Below are positions 41,151-54,660 of a DNA stretch of 64,000 bases, in pieces. The translations under genes were made by a program, and so were the position numbers. The notes beneath the pieces were generated by a model. It had not been told where the DNA came from. It saw nothing but the letters and a program-made list of their open reading frames with translations, and did not search any database. The stretch comes from Vicugna vicugna (lineage: Eukaryota): NCBI GenBank assembly GCA_013265495.1, contig MU058844.1, forward strand, positions 8,307,260-8,371,259, written 5' to 3'. Each line of letters starts with the position of its first letter. The stretch's first letter is position 1.

Positions 41151-42074
41151 AAGAAAGGAGTATATTTCTCTTATAGAAGGTCTCTACTATATGGCTAACC
41201 ATTCAGATGTATTTTTGTCCTTCAACTCTGGGATTATTATGAAGTCTACAGATTGGAAAGTTCCTACGATTTTCAAATGTTTTGAATCAAAAAAGTTGTT
41301 GGAAAATTACTAGAAAGCATTTTAAAATAAGAATTTCAGACATTCTCGTTGACATCAATGGCAAGAATGTTTATAACTTTCTTTGGAAACCTCTCTGTTG
41401 ATATCTGACATTAAGTGACTCCCTCCCCATCTCAACATTTTTTACCAACTTCAGGATTCTGTGCAAGTTAATGCTTTGTCTCTGCCATTTTTACATACTG
41501 TTACTCAAAGATTTAATGGATCCCTATTATGTACTACGTGCTAGAGGTAGAAAGTAGAGTTCTATAAAATAAATATCACATACTGGGAAATTATGTTCCC
41601 AATATAGAAGACAGGCATTGAGAATACTTTATACATTATATGGATTTAATACTACCTGTAATCCATGAGGTAGGGGCCACAATATCCTTGTTAAAAGAGA
41701 GATTAAATAATTTGCTAAAGGTCATATGCCTGGTAAGTGACAGAGCCCCAGACATGAACTCAGGTTGCTCTGAGAATATTATCCTCTATTAACTGTTTCT
41801 TGCTTTTCTTGGCCCCCTTCTAAGTTTCTTGGAACTATTGGTTAGATATGTTTAACTCCATTCTCATAGATGCCTCTGTCATGTACAAAATTTTGTAATG
41901 TCTAGCTATTAGATTGTACTTTAGAATGGAAACCTCTAGAGGTGGACAACATTTATTCCTAAGTCCCTTGTACAAAGAATCTATATTACTTTGCTCTGTC
42001 ATATATTCACAGTGACTATAAAAGATTATTTGGAAGATTATATACCACAAATTACTTCAACTCAATTTCCATAT

Positions 42075-42960
42075 GATTAATTCATTCCACAGCTGTTGAT
42101 TAAGCACCTATTATGTACAAGGTATGTCTATGCACTGGAGCTATACAGAGAAAGAGATAAGGTGTCTCTCTTTGGAGAGATTATATCAAATGGACAAAGA
42201 CAGACAAACAGGTAATTACTATACAGAGTGTCCTGGGAGCAATTAACACAGAGTGCTGTGGAAACACAATGGATACATGAAGGAAGGACACATGACCTAG
42301 ACTTGGGGCTGGAAGAAGAGTTACAAATGAATTTCTAGAAAACTAATACAGCTGATACCTGCCACTGAAGGACTAGTGGAAGCTATACAAAGGGAGGAGA
42401 GTATTTCTGTGTAGATAGAATTGCACGGACAAAAGTCTGGAGGTCAAAATTCACATTCATAGTGCATATGGGAAAAGGCAAGGTAGGAGGGTGTGCTGGA
42501 GGTCTTTTATTTTACAATGAGATTAGATCCTGTCCTAACAAACATGGGAAACAACAGAAGAATGACAGATTTGTGTTTTATAAAGTTCCTTTGGTTACTG
42601 TGTGGAAAATCAAAGGGATAAAGTAAATATTGAGAGCAAGGAGATCCTAATCCAGGAGCACATGATGGTGGCCTAGAGCATAGGTATTGGGATTAAGAGA
42701 AGTCAGTAGACTTAGAGATCTCTAAGAGTTAAAGTTGACAAGAGTTGGTAGAGGATGGTAGGTGGTAGAAGAATTAAGGGCTGAATCAGGGATAATGTTT
42801 AGGTTTCTGACTTGGACAGCTTTTACTAGGTTAGGGAACTCAGACGATGGCTGCTTTTAGAGAGGATGATAATGAGTCCCGTTTCTGATAGATTGAATCT
42901 GTGAAGCTGGTAGAATACCTTATAGTGGATTTGGACCCTGCTGGTCACAAAGAAATGTAC
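42075..42960 (-). mobile_element. L2 LINE relic
   Basis: Begins ATTAATTCATTCCACAGCTGTTGATTAAGCACCTATTATGT (antisense L2 tail); GATGGTGGCCTAGAGC; AGGTTTCTGACTTGGACAGCT. Confidence 0.7.
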
Positions 42961-45239
42961 AGATGACTTAAAGAAGGTAAGTATCAGGAAATGTCTATAA
43001 CATGTCAAATGGTTTCTTAAAGCTTATTATCATTATCAAAGGTTACCTCCTTTGAATTTAATGTAAGCCTGAATTCCAAAATTTTCTTATAACCCTTGAA
43101 AATATTAAATGTGTACCTTGACATAATGCTCAGTACCCACTTAAACTTAATTTTGATTAGCATGATTCCAGTAACTAAGAGTATATAATTAAAAACAGAT
43201 ACCCTCACTTGTCTTCAACGTATCAGCCACTCCTTGGGCACCACTTAACAGGTATTTTCTTAATATTTCAGAATTCCTGAGTTCAAATTTTAAATTTTCA
43301 TCAAAGATAAGATTACTGAATTGAATCCTAGAATGGCTTAAATTCAAGAAGAATATTTTGAAGGTATTTTCATTAATTGAAACAGGAATTTATTGAGGAA
43401 AGAATAATACATATGCTCACAACATTTTGGAAGCTAGTGTTTTTTTTTTCCTCACTTTCACAAAGCCTTAATCTCAGTGGAAATCCATCCTCCTTATTTT
43501 ATTTACCTTAATAAAAGTGAAGAAACAGCTCATCGCCAGGTAATGGGAAAATGTCACTGAATCATCAGTATCTAACAAGTCATACGGAAATTTGCTTTAG
43601 TGAACTCTAATATATTACAGTTTGTTTTTTTATTCTGTTAACTGACTGATGATAAATGCTGCTTTTAAATGTTGAAGTTGAGTCTTCACTTTGTACCATT
43701 TTGAATACATGAGTGCTCTGTCCTTGGCATGTGAAAAGCCTCCACCAGCTCATATGGTGAATCAGCACAACCAACTGTGCCCCCAGAGAAGTCTGCTACT
43801 GTCAGAGTATTAACTCAGGTTTCTATGGCCCCCATACAGTATCCCTCCTAAAGAACACATCAGCATGCGTGGTATCAAATAATGAAACATGAACAAACTC
43901 AACTAATGTTGGCCATAAACACAATAGGTCTGATGAAAATGATTTGACTCAAATCTCTGAACAAAGACTGTGTCACTATTAAGTTCAGTTGAAGCATATG
44001 CTTTGCAGGTCTCAAATAAAATTTCATTTACTCCACAGTAAAAAAAAAAAAAGAACACTTGAAGGATTTTCATGTTCATCTGGCAGAGTCATTTAAATTA
44101 CAGCAACCAACAGTGAAAAGTATAGCACCTAGCAAATGCCGTTAAATTTGCAATCTTCCTAGGTTACAACAGAATCTTTTAAAGTCCCTTTTCAGTGCTG
44201 TTATCAACCTGATACTTAAAAATGCAGCAGAGAAAAGAAACATAATCAGACAGAGTATTGTAAGGTCTATTAACAAAGCAGCTCAGTCACATCAGCTGAA
44301 GGGAAACAGCTGTGGATGCTGAAACCCTTAATAAATTAACCCTCCTGTTGCTATTTACAAAAACTCTGTTATCATGCCTGTTGTGTCTGTCATTTGCACC
44401 TGGTATAAGGGTTCTTTGGAGCAATCACATATCATGCACTCAAGAGCCACTGCATTGTAGAATCATTATTTCTAAATTCTGACTCTTTTGAATTCAAAGA
44501 AAAGACTTGGGTACATTTTAAATTAGCTAACACACTCCACTTAAGTTTATTAACTGGAAGACATGCATAACCTTAACATTGTTTGAGTTCCTATTTTTTT
44601 TTGACTGATGATGCTTAATTAATCCTAGTCATTGTCATGTCTAACCATGATTTAGAATGCCACTCAAATGTATGCCTCTGCTCAGAATGAAACTGTCACT
44701 CAAATACATATATATATATGCTTTTTCCGTTTGTTTCCCTTTCTTACTTTTCTCCATGATGATCTTAGTTTTCTTAGAAAAAGTTAATTTCTTTGTTCTT
44801 TTTTTCCACACCTCCTTTAGCAAGGCAACTACCTGGTTGAAGATTTGCAAAGTTCTTTGGACAATGTGGATCTTTCAACTCAACTACAAATAATTAGCAA
44901 GAAATAGACACTGATCAAACATATATAAAGTTCTGATGCTACATCCCTCAAACACAAATCTCTTTGATTTGAAATCTTCTGGATGATCATTTCTGTGGAG
45001 GGGAGCAACACGAATGTATATTGTAGATAACGCCACGTTAGTCAGTAAATGTGGCCAAGATGCTCATGCCAACAAAAGCCAAATAAATGGCTTTCAGTGA
45101 CATGATTTATGTTCTCTTTTCTTGAGTTTTTGTTTATTATTGACAAAGACTGTGGTTACTTGGAATGTATGATTAGTTCCCAGAAGAGCCTTGAGTTCTA
45201 CCCTGCTCCCAATTTTGGATTTGACATACTCAAAGCTCA

Positions 45240-45484
45240 GCCAAATACCAAGGGAGAAAGACAACTGGTAAAGTCACTACACCCGTATCACAGAAGGAGA
45301 ATTTCACTTTCCACCTACTGCCTCCACTCATGTGGGTGAGGGTAGATCTTCTTTACTCAGTCTATTGATTCCAGTGCTAATCTCTTCCAGAAACATTCTT
45401 ACAGATGCACCCAGAGGTAAAGCTTCCCAGATATCTGGGCATCCCTTAGCCCAGTCAAGTTGACACATAAAATTAACCATTTCA
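45240..45484 (-). mobile_element. MLT2 (ERVL) LTR 5' part
   Basis: TCTGGGCATCCCTTAGCCCAGTCAAGTTGACACATAAAATTAACCAT is the reverse complement of the MLT2 start. Confidence 0.85.
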
Positions 45485-45505
45485 TAAGGCAGTGGTGGAA
45501 ACTAT

Positions 45506-45980
45506 GTATTAACTCAGAATAATTTCCAACCCCTGAGAACATGCAGACACACACACGTTTTTTAGACAACCTTGCAGTTGGGGCTTCTCATGTGACTTGA
45601 GTTTCACCAACAAAATATTCTCATTCAACTTTGAGTCAGAATTGAAACCTCTCAGAAAAGAAGCACAGTGTGAGATCGCCAATTAGCAGGCATGGATCAA
45701 GGCAGAGGTGGCTGGTTCTGGACCCAACAGCCTTGGGGACAACTTCCCAGTTTAGCAGATAATGTGCTACTTCAGTGGTGCTACCAAGTGAAGGCAGCTT
45801 CCCTGAGTATAGCAGGAGAACAGTTCTGCAGATGGGGGAACCTGCTCTGGGTGCCCAGCATGGAGACGGGTCCTTCAGTCCAGCTTAAGATTTTATAAGC
45901 ACCCAATTCCCTGAAATCAATTCCCTTCTGTTTATAGCAGGTTAAGGGATTCTATTTTCTGTGATTGAAACCTGACTCAA
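45506..45980 (+). mobile_element. ERVL-class LTR remnant (LTR33-like)
   Basis: CCTTGCAGTTGGGGCTTCTCATGTGACTTGAGTTTCACCAA...AATTCCCTTCTGTTTA...GAAACCTGACT. Confidence 0.5.
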
Positions 45981-46594
45981 AGAAGAGCCAGGAGAAAAGG
46001 AGATTAAACAGAAGTGCCATTAGTATTTGTTGACTACTCATTTCCCATTTACTGTTCTAATTTAATTTCAATTTCGAGGACAATACTTTGGAGTAGGCAT
46101 TATAATTTTATAGAAAAGGAAATTAATTCACAGAGAGGTAAAGAAAGAGGTCACATAGTGTCTAAGCAATGAAGCCATGATTTGAAGCCAGGTCTGTCTT
46201 ATATTAAGCCCCATGATCACCATCACTATGCTCTAAGCCTCTCCAGCAAAAAGGAAAACTGAGTCACTCTCAGTAACTTGGTAGGTTGTGATTGAGGGCA
46301 AGTTGGTCAAGATTAAGAAATAACAATTTATTGTGTTCTTGAATACAACCTCAGATTATTACTTGTCAGTATTTGTGCTTGTTAAAATATTACACATCTC
46401 TTTATTCATCTGTAGGAAACAACTGGTGACTTTGGGTGAATATCTATGATTTTACACAGTGATGGCTCATGGTTAAGTGCTAGGTTAATGTATCATCTCA
46501 GTGTTCTGCTGGGACATCTGTGTTCAGCATATGGCTTTGCTGCCCAGCAAGTAAAACTTCAGTCTGCCCAGAAATTAAGGCTCAGTTTCTACTT

Positions 46595-46707
46595 AGGGGG
46601 CCAACCATTCCAATTTACCCAGGACTGTCCTAGTGTTAAAACTGAAAAAGTCTCACATCCTGGGAAATCCTTGAGTCTCAAGCAAATGAGGATGTTTGGT
46701 TACCTTA
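46595..46707. mobile_element. hAT-Blackjack MITE (MER94-like)
   Basis: AGGGGGCCAACCATTCCAATTTACCCAGGACTGTCC...AAAACTGAAAAAGTCTCACATCCTGGGAAA...TTGGTTACCTTA with inverted termini. Confidence 0.75.
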
Positions 46708-47759
46708 TTTGTCCCCTTCTTCTTGGTCTGTTCTCACTTCCCTCCATTCAGTTTTTATGCCCTGTAAATCCACTACAGCTAAGTTTTTCTATCGATAGTC
46801 TTTTCAGAGAGCAAACACCTGTCACCTTTGTCTCCTAATGAGCCCAGTTCCTCCGGGCAGTGATCTGTTCATTTCTTCTTTTCCCAATACCAAACCAGCC
46901 CCATCCAGCCTTGACTGCCTGGTTCTTCCTTGAGACACAAATGGCACAGAATAGCCTCCAAACTAGAAAAAAACTAAAGACCGGCGTAGAGCTTACTTTT
47001 GGTAGCATGGCAACCACTGCGGGCTGCTTTTGAAGCTGCTTGTTAGTGTGAAAGTTATTTTGCATAACCTTATTTGTTAACTGGGCTAGAAACATCCAGC
47101 TCTCTGCAAGTCTTGCTTTCTTACAGATTATCTCCCCTCTCAGGAATCTTTCTGATCCAAGAGATGTGAAGAGATCACACTAATAAACTATCTGCCAACA
47201 CCCTTCCAAATGGTTGATAGTATCCCTGCATCCTCAGCCTTAATTACTGGAGGTTATTTCTTATTCTTTTGACTACCAAATGATGGAGAACAAAACTGCA
47301 CTCAAATATTCTTTCCCTTCAGTTCAAAATTATAGCTTGCTTTCCATCTCATTCAGCCAGGTATATGCATCACAAGGCAAACTGAAAATTATTAGAGGAA
47401 TTGTTTGGTGATTACCCACCCACTCTCACCTCCAACAAAGAAAAAAAATGACTGGTCTTAGTAATTTGAAGTCTACTGTTAATTCATTTACCCAGGTTTA
47501 TTCCCCATTACTTTCTAATTCCTTTTAGATTTTAACTAGATGACCTCATTGATCGAAAAATAAACATGTATGGCTATTTCCTAAACTCTGTCCATCCTGT
47601 TGCCACCATTAGAGCATCCTCTCCTCTACTCTTTGTTCATACTCACACTTCAGCCCGAGTAATTATTGTTATGACTATTGTTAATAGTGCTGCTGCCACC
47701 ACCACCACTACTGCTAAGACTGGGACCATGACGGCAGCCACTTCTGCAACAGCATTCAT

Positions 47760-48020
47760 CATTAATTACCTCGCCAGCATTAATAAGCGTCTTGGATGGG
47801 CCTGACTCTATTGTGAGCACTTTGCAGTAACTGTCTTATTTGAATCTTTGCCACAACTCAATGAGTGACTATTATTTCTGTTTAATGGGTGAGGAAATTG
47901 AGACATAAGCTATTAAATAACTTTGTTCAAAGTCACAAAGAAAACAGGTGGTGGGAACTGTTGTGAATGCAGGTCTTTTTGACTTTGAAATTCATGTGCT
48001 CAGAAACTCTCCACTGTTGC
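47760..48020 (-). mobile_element. MIR SINE, flanked by a low-complexity trinucleotide tract at ~47660-47760
   Basis: GGTGAGGAAATTGAGACATAAG...TTAAATAACTTTGTTCAAAGTCACA. Confidence 0.7.
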
Positions 48021-51000
48021 TCTGCCCGGGCAAATCGTCCTTCATAATTTCAGTCTTACTACTTCGATATTCTTTCCTCTATGGCCCTTAGTTTCTATAG
48101 CATTCATATAAGAAATGACGGTATGTTGCTTAATGTTTTTCACTAACTGGCATGCACATTTATTTTCATTCATTAAAACAGTAAGAGGTTTGTTTCCCTA
48201 CTTCTGAGCCAATAAATGATAAGCCAATAGTTAAAGCTTAGTAAATGTCTTAAATTGATTTAACTATTGAATCTCTATGGTTACCTTAGCAAAGGAACTA
48301 AAAAATTTCTAACAATACCCTTTGAATTAAAAAAATATAGGAAGTGTTTTTAAATAAATGGAAAGACAACAACCTGCCATAAATAATACATAACATTTTG
48401 TGGGCTTAACGACACACTTATAATTGGTATAACACAATTATGGGGTTAAACATCAGTATTTTATAAATAGTATAAATTTCAAAGCATGTGGCAATAAACT
48501 GTTAGGGATATAAGACCCCCCTGAGAGATGATAATTATAATCATCAGCCTGTTGGCCAACTCCATTGGGATTATCTCTCCTTTTTTTGAAGTTCTCTAGA
48601 AAAATATTCAGCGTAACCCTCCTTTTGAATTTGTAAGCTTGATTTAGGGGCATGATGCCCAAGCCACTGCCTCTCTAACCGCCCTCCTTATTACCGCATT
48701 ATGACCTAATCAGCCCTTTCCTCAGTGCCAGTCCTTCCTCCAAATACCAGCCCCTAGTTAATCCTCAGTGAATTGTCCTTAGCAAGTGGCTCAGTTCTAG
48801 GTTCTTCACCCTTCTATTGCCACACTTCAGTTTGACTCTGTTAAACATTTCCTGGGCACCTCTCTGAGTAAGTATTTTACTGTTTAACTTTTGACATTCT
48901 AGAAAGGGAGCCATCATGAAAAACATGATGTGATGAGGGCAGTTGTGTTGTTTTACTTAATACTCACTGTGGGAACAGAACAAAGAGATATTATGTTTTT
49001 TTAAAGGGACTATGAAACATCATGGTGATTGAAAAAAAAAAAACAAAAACACTGGCACCAAAATATGAAAAGACAACTGCAAAACTTAAGTACCAAAATA
49101 CGTACTTAAATATCTATGGAACACACCATCATGTCACAATAGTTAAGTGGTAAGTTCATGGTGTTTTGAACAACACTGCCCTAGGCTAAAATTTTGGTTC
49201 TGTTATTTACTAGTTATGTGACTCCTGGTAAGTTACTTACGTAAAGGATGGCTGTGACAATGGAACAGGCATAAAGTGTGCCTGTGCCTGTCAGTAAGTA
49301 AGTGCTCCAAAAAGGTAACTATTTTTAAATCATGTCAACTTTGCAGGATGTGGATGTATTTTAATGTTTGCTGTAGGGCAGAGTGGGATTACCAAATGTA
49401 TGATTGCCCAGGACCTTGATGGTCTTAGAATGTTCTGAGGCAATTGTAGAGGTCTGTACGTCTTGGGGAGGAAGAAGCTGGGATGTGGATTCTACGTAGA
49501 GAGGTCAGGGAGGGATTGAAAGGGAAGGGAAAGTTGGAGATGAATCTTAGTCTTCCATCATTTGCCTCTTTGATGCTGGTGTGATTCCTTATCCCCAGGT
49601 CAGAAAAATGAAACTGAGGATATAGCACTGGATGAACTATTGCTTTTCTCATTTTTCCAATGGGATAAATTTGCCTTTCCTTCATGTTTTTGGACCTGGA
49701 CCTGACAATTTCTTTTTTAACTTTTTCCCAGGCTTTTTGTTTTCTTTTGTTTTCCTTAGGTCTCTGCTGTGGTTTGTCCTCTTGGGTTCTCTCTGAGAAT
49801 ATAGGTTAACAGCAATATTTTTTCCTTCTTTTTAAAAAAATTAATTTCTTTAACTTTTATAAGGAGCTCAAATATGCTTGTTTTTGCTTAAACAGTTTGG
49901 TAAAATAAATTGGAAAACTTCTTGCAGAATGAAAACTTCTTGTAGAAGGGCAGACAAGCTTATAATGTAGCTAGAGATAGCTAATAGTTGCCATTACAAT
50001 TCAATTTATTTTCTTTCTGTGGTGGGAAAAGCTCAAAGGCATACTGTGACATGAATTCTTCAGTGATTCTTAACACATGAAGGCATTTTCAGAAAAGTAT
50101 CTTGTATTCAGTGCCTCTCGTTAATGGCAATGTGAAATCTTGACAGCTAGAAATGAGCTATATAAACTAGCATTTGAGTTGTCTGGAAATATTAAGAATT
50201 TTAGAGATGTCATTTATGTTCTCAGGCTCTTTGCTCATGCTAAAGACTGAAAACGTCTCCCTATCTGCTTTACTGGCATGGGATTTTTATTTTTAGAACC
50301 TGAAAATAATTACATAGCAGATCAAGCCCAGACTCCTGAATATGGAAACAACCCCATGCAATGGGAGTTCCAGCTTTGTCAAAAGCTTATCTTATATTGC
50401 AATTTGAGGAGAGTGAAAGTAAAAGATACTTTCCTTTGAAATGAATTCATTTGGGAATTTTTTTAATAGGGAAAGTTCATACTAATACAGTTTAATGTTC
50501 CTACATGAGCTATAATAAAGTTTTGGAATCAAACGATATTAATTTCAGTTCAAAGTTTTATCTCCTATTAAGTTTTCCAGTATCTCCTGGGATATGTTTC
50601 CTATTTGTAAAATGAAGTTGATAATACACAATTTTATTTTAAGAATTGAAGGAGAAAATCTGTGAAACACGTAATATCATTCTTGAAACATATAAGGCCA
50701 AGAAAATATTTGTGTCTTTCCTCCTTTCTAAAGGATAATTTTGAGTTTATTCCCTTAATTTAGAAATTCTGACCACTCATTTATTATCAAATGTCTGTAA
50801 TTTATTTTAAAGTTGGTGATAGAGAAAGAGGTGAGAAGAGTCCAGGACCCTGAAGAGCCCATCTTATCCTTCCACAAGTCACTGTGTCCTGGAGGTCACC
50901 AAGAAGACAAGGCCATGCTGCGCATGTCCCCTCTCACTCCGAGGCTTTGGTTCTAAAGCCCAGGCCAGTGTCCCAGGGCTCAGCTAAACTGAGCCACGCA

Positions 51001-51394
51001 GGTGACTGCTTTCCACAGTCCAGGGGCAGAGCAGTGCCCCCACTGCTTCTTCTCTCCTAAACCCCACATGAATCTTGCCTTCCTTCTGACACTTATCAAA
51101 CAGTGGAGAAAAGTCTTGAACTAGGATAATTGCTAGAAAGGACTGCTTCTTCCCCACTTGAAGAAAGTACCACCAGCAGAAATTTTCTGTTTCTCTCTAC
51201 TGCCCTCCCTCGGCTCCAACTCCCTCTTTATGAGTTTGCCATGAAGGACGGAGCATGTGCAGCTCACAGCTTGTCAAAGGAAGAAAAACAAGGTTTGACA
51301 TATGAACTATTCTGCTACCTATAAACATAGAAAATTAGATATAGTTATTCATTTCTCATTAATCCCTGGTCAAAATAAAAGTTCCCATTCATCA

Positions 51395-52345
51395 ACAATA
51401 TAAGCTCATATAACTTAAAAAAAAATCCAAAAATGGGCAGAAGACCTAAACAAGTAAATTCTCCAATGAAGACATACAGATGGCCAATAGGCACATGAAA
51501 AAAATGCTCAATATTGCTAATTATCAGAGACAGGCAAATCAAAACTACAATGAGATATGACCTCACACCAGTCAGACTGGCTGTCATTAAAAAGTACACA
51601 AACAATAATTGCTGGAGAGGCTGTGGAGAAAAGGGAACTCTCCTAAATTGTTGGTGGGAATATAGTTTGGCACAGTATGGAGATTCCTAAAAAGACTAAA
51701 AATAGATTTACCATATAATCCAGCAATCCCACTCCTGGGCATATATCCAAAGGTAACTTTAATTCAAAAAGATACATCCACCCCAATGTTTATAGTAGCA
51801 CTATTTACAATAGCCAAGGCATGGAAACAATCTAAATGTCCATTGACACATGACCAGATAAAGCTGTGGTATATTTACACAATGGAATACTATTCAGCCA
51901 TAAAAAATAATAAAATAATGCCATTTGCAGCAACATGGACGGACCTAGAATTGTCATTCTAAGTGAAGCAAGTCAGAAAGAGAAAGAAAAATACCATATG
52001 ATATCACTTATATGTGGAATCTAAAAAAAAAAAGACAATGAACTTATTCACAAAACAGAAATAGACTCAGACATAGAAAATAAACTTATGGTTACCAGTG
52101 GGGGAAGGGGGAGAGAAGGGATAAACTGGGAGTTCAAGATTCGCAGATACTAACAACTATATATAAAATAGATTAACAACAATTTTATACTGTATAGCAC
52201 AGGGAACTATATTCAGTATCTTGTAGTAACTTATAATGAAAAAGAATATGAAAACAAATACACGTAAGCATATGTATGACTGAACTATTATGCTGGACAC
52301 TAGAAATTGACACAAATATTGTAAACTGACTTCAATTTTTAAAAA
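51395..52345 (+). mobile_element. 5'-truncated L1 (end of ORF2 + full 3'UTR)
   Basis: AAATGGGCAGAAGACCTAAAC, CAGCAATCCCACTCCTGGGCATATATCCA, ATACTGTATAGCACAGGGAACTATATTCA. Confidence 0.95.
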
Positions 52346-53287
52346 CGAAATTTATTTCATAAAGCAGGATATATATTTATGAATATAGTAATTATTATTT
52401 TTCTTTTATTGATAGCATTTAGGTAGAAAATAATATAACAGAACTCCTCTTTGTAGACCACAGCTCTGTAGCAGTATGATGAATACTAAATACATCAGTG
52501 TATGAATTATTTGGTGGGTCCTATCAATCATAAAAAATTCAATCAACCTAAGAACAGGCTGAATTGTCTTCCTATCTTCCTACAGTTTCTACAGAAAATT
52601 TTGTGGAAGTATCATTATTGTAAGAGGAGGCAATCAAAAAGTATGCAACTAAAAATATAGGAGAAAAATTTTATCATGATGTTTTAAGCAATTAATAACA
52701 TATTCACTTTCTAAATTTGGTGACTTTTATCAGATTTTAAAAGTTTATGACTTACTGTGATTTTTTTTCTCATTCTCAATGACTATGTATTTTTCTTATC
52801 TAATTTTGTATTCAAACTTTTGTGTCTTTTTTCTGAAAAGGGAGAGACCAAAATTATATAAAGCTTCAAACCTATAAAACATGATTTTTGCCACGGGTTG
52901 GTTGGCTAACTCCTTGCTGTCAAACTTTTGTTTACAGATCCTTAAGTCCAGATTGGCTTTGAAGTTGAAGATATGTTATCTGACTATGCCTTTAGATTTT
53001 GTAAATACAAAGTGTTAATTCACAGATGGAGGTAAAGTAACTGAGAATCTTGTGCCTTGAATATTTCAGTTCTAGGAATTAGTTTTGTTCAGGAAACCAA
53101 AGAGAAACCAGAGTAGTTTGAAAAATATCCTGCAGTCTCGTTATCAGAAAAGGAGCAGCAGGTAAGAACAAAGAATTAAGTTAGAGGGAGAATTCCTCCT
53201 TCCTTAGAAGGAAATTAAAATTTTAGAGGCAGACCAGAGAGATACAAATGGAAAAATGATTAAGAAGGCTGGGGCAGAGAGAGATAA

Positions 53288-54660
53288 AAGTACACAGGAG
53301 ACAGATCTAGTTCTAACCTTTCTGAAAATGTGATTCAGAAATGGAGCACATAATTGACTAAGTGATACTTGTGTTGGGTTCTGACAGAATCTAGTGGAGA
53401 AAGAGAGAGAAGTTCTCAGAAAACTTTCTGGGAAAACCTCCCCAGAAGGGATAGAGATCCAGAAAAATTCAGAACAGAAGGAAACCCTGTTAAAATCATA
53501 ATTAGCATCTATGGTAAGAGTTATCTGGAAATGACCCCTTAAAGATGGTCACAGCTGTTTGAAGTGGTTAAAATGAAGTGGACTGGTCTGCCAAAGGAAG
53601 ACCAGAAGACCATCATAAAATATTCAAAGGATTACGGAAGACCAAAGAGAAATGAAGCTCTTACTGTGTGTGGGGAGGCAACAGCTATTGCCTATGTCCT
53701 GGGGGAACCTGATTAATAAATTTAAGTCATTGAGGTTCCAAAAGAAAGTGCATTAACTTTATTCAAGGGAAGCCAAGCTGGAGAATAGATCAAGGTCAGG
53801 GTTTGGACAGATGTTGGTCTGATGGGAGAATTCCTCCTGGGTGAGAATATCCAATTCACAGACATGGAGGTGGCCAAGATTTATTTGAAAAATAGTTGCT
53901 TTGGCAGGACCAGCGCTCACTCATTTCCTATTTCTTATTATAAAAGATCCTCCCTAAACTAAATTTATGAAACATTGTTAGACAAATAAATGTCTGTCCA
54001 GAAAGCAGAGTAACAGTGAAAAAAACCAAGATCTTGAAGTTCTGTAAACAGTACTAATTTTATATTGGTTGGAAGAAAAGGATCCATTTAAGAAGCAGAT
54101 TCAACTTTCTGAAAATAATTGAGATGATTGAGGCAGAAAAAGATAAAATAATGAGAGAAACACTGTCCATGTTCAACACATTAAAGATGTGAGAAATTTC
54201 CATGTCTTAGGAGCACACAGCAGGAATGTCAGTCTATCTTAGACCCCAGAGGTACATACTAAAGACTCAAGAGAAACTTCAGTATTTGAATAGGTTGAGG
54301 ATGATTTCTGCTGAAATGAATGTGGAGATGAAGGAGGAATCTTTCTAGGAGGCAGGTGCCTTTGACTTAAAGACTTTCACAGCAAGAGGCATTGTCAAAA
54401 GCTTCTGCAGCAGGACTGAAAATACTGGATGTATTATAGACTCTGTCAGTGGGTACAGCTTACATTCATTTCAGCCTTGGAGGACCAGAAACACCAGGAC
54501 CAATGAGCAAATGGAAATTAATAAGTATTAAGTATGCAGAAAAGATACCTCAGTTTAAAACCTGATAACTGGGGCTACCACCACAAGACATTTTCAAGCT
54601 TTGCAAAATGCAGTGCTGTCAAAAATGTCCCTCTCTGTGAGAGAAAATCATAAGCATAGG
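53288..54660 (+). pseudogene. Putative highly decayed coding relic of unknown identity
   Basis: Hand translation gives open stretches of 58, 57 and 57 codons in one frame (53366-53959), then 44, 45 and 60 codons in a second frame (54058-54528); protein-like composition; no repeat hallmark recognised. Confidence 0.4.

Noticed and set aside
47566..47805. Ala/Thr-rich 79-aa ORF
   Set aside because: Low-complexity trinucleotide tract adjoining a MIR tail; no recognisable domain
49700..49810. Strong polypyrimidine tract + AG at ~49760 as an exon start
   Set aside because: No convincing downstream donor or reading frame; such tracts are common by chance
54425..54470. GCIIDSVSGYS as an ERVL integrase motif (GIDTYSGY-like)
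   Set aside because: Too short, and no HHCC, second Asp or Glu context was found nearby; left within the unknown-relic finding
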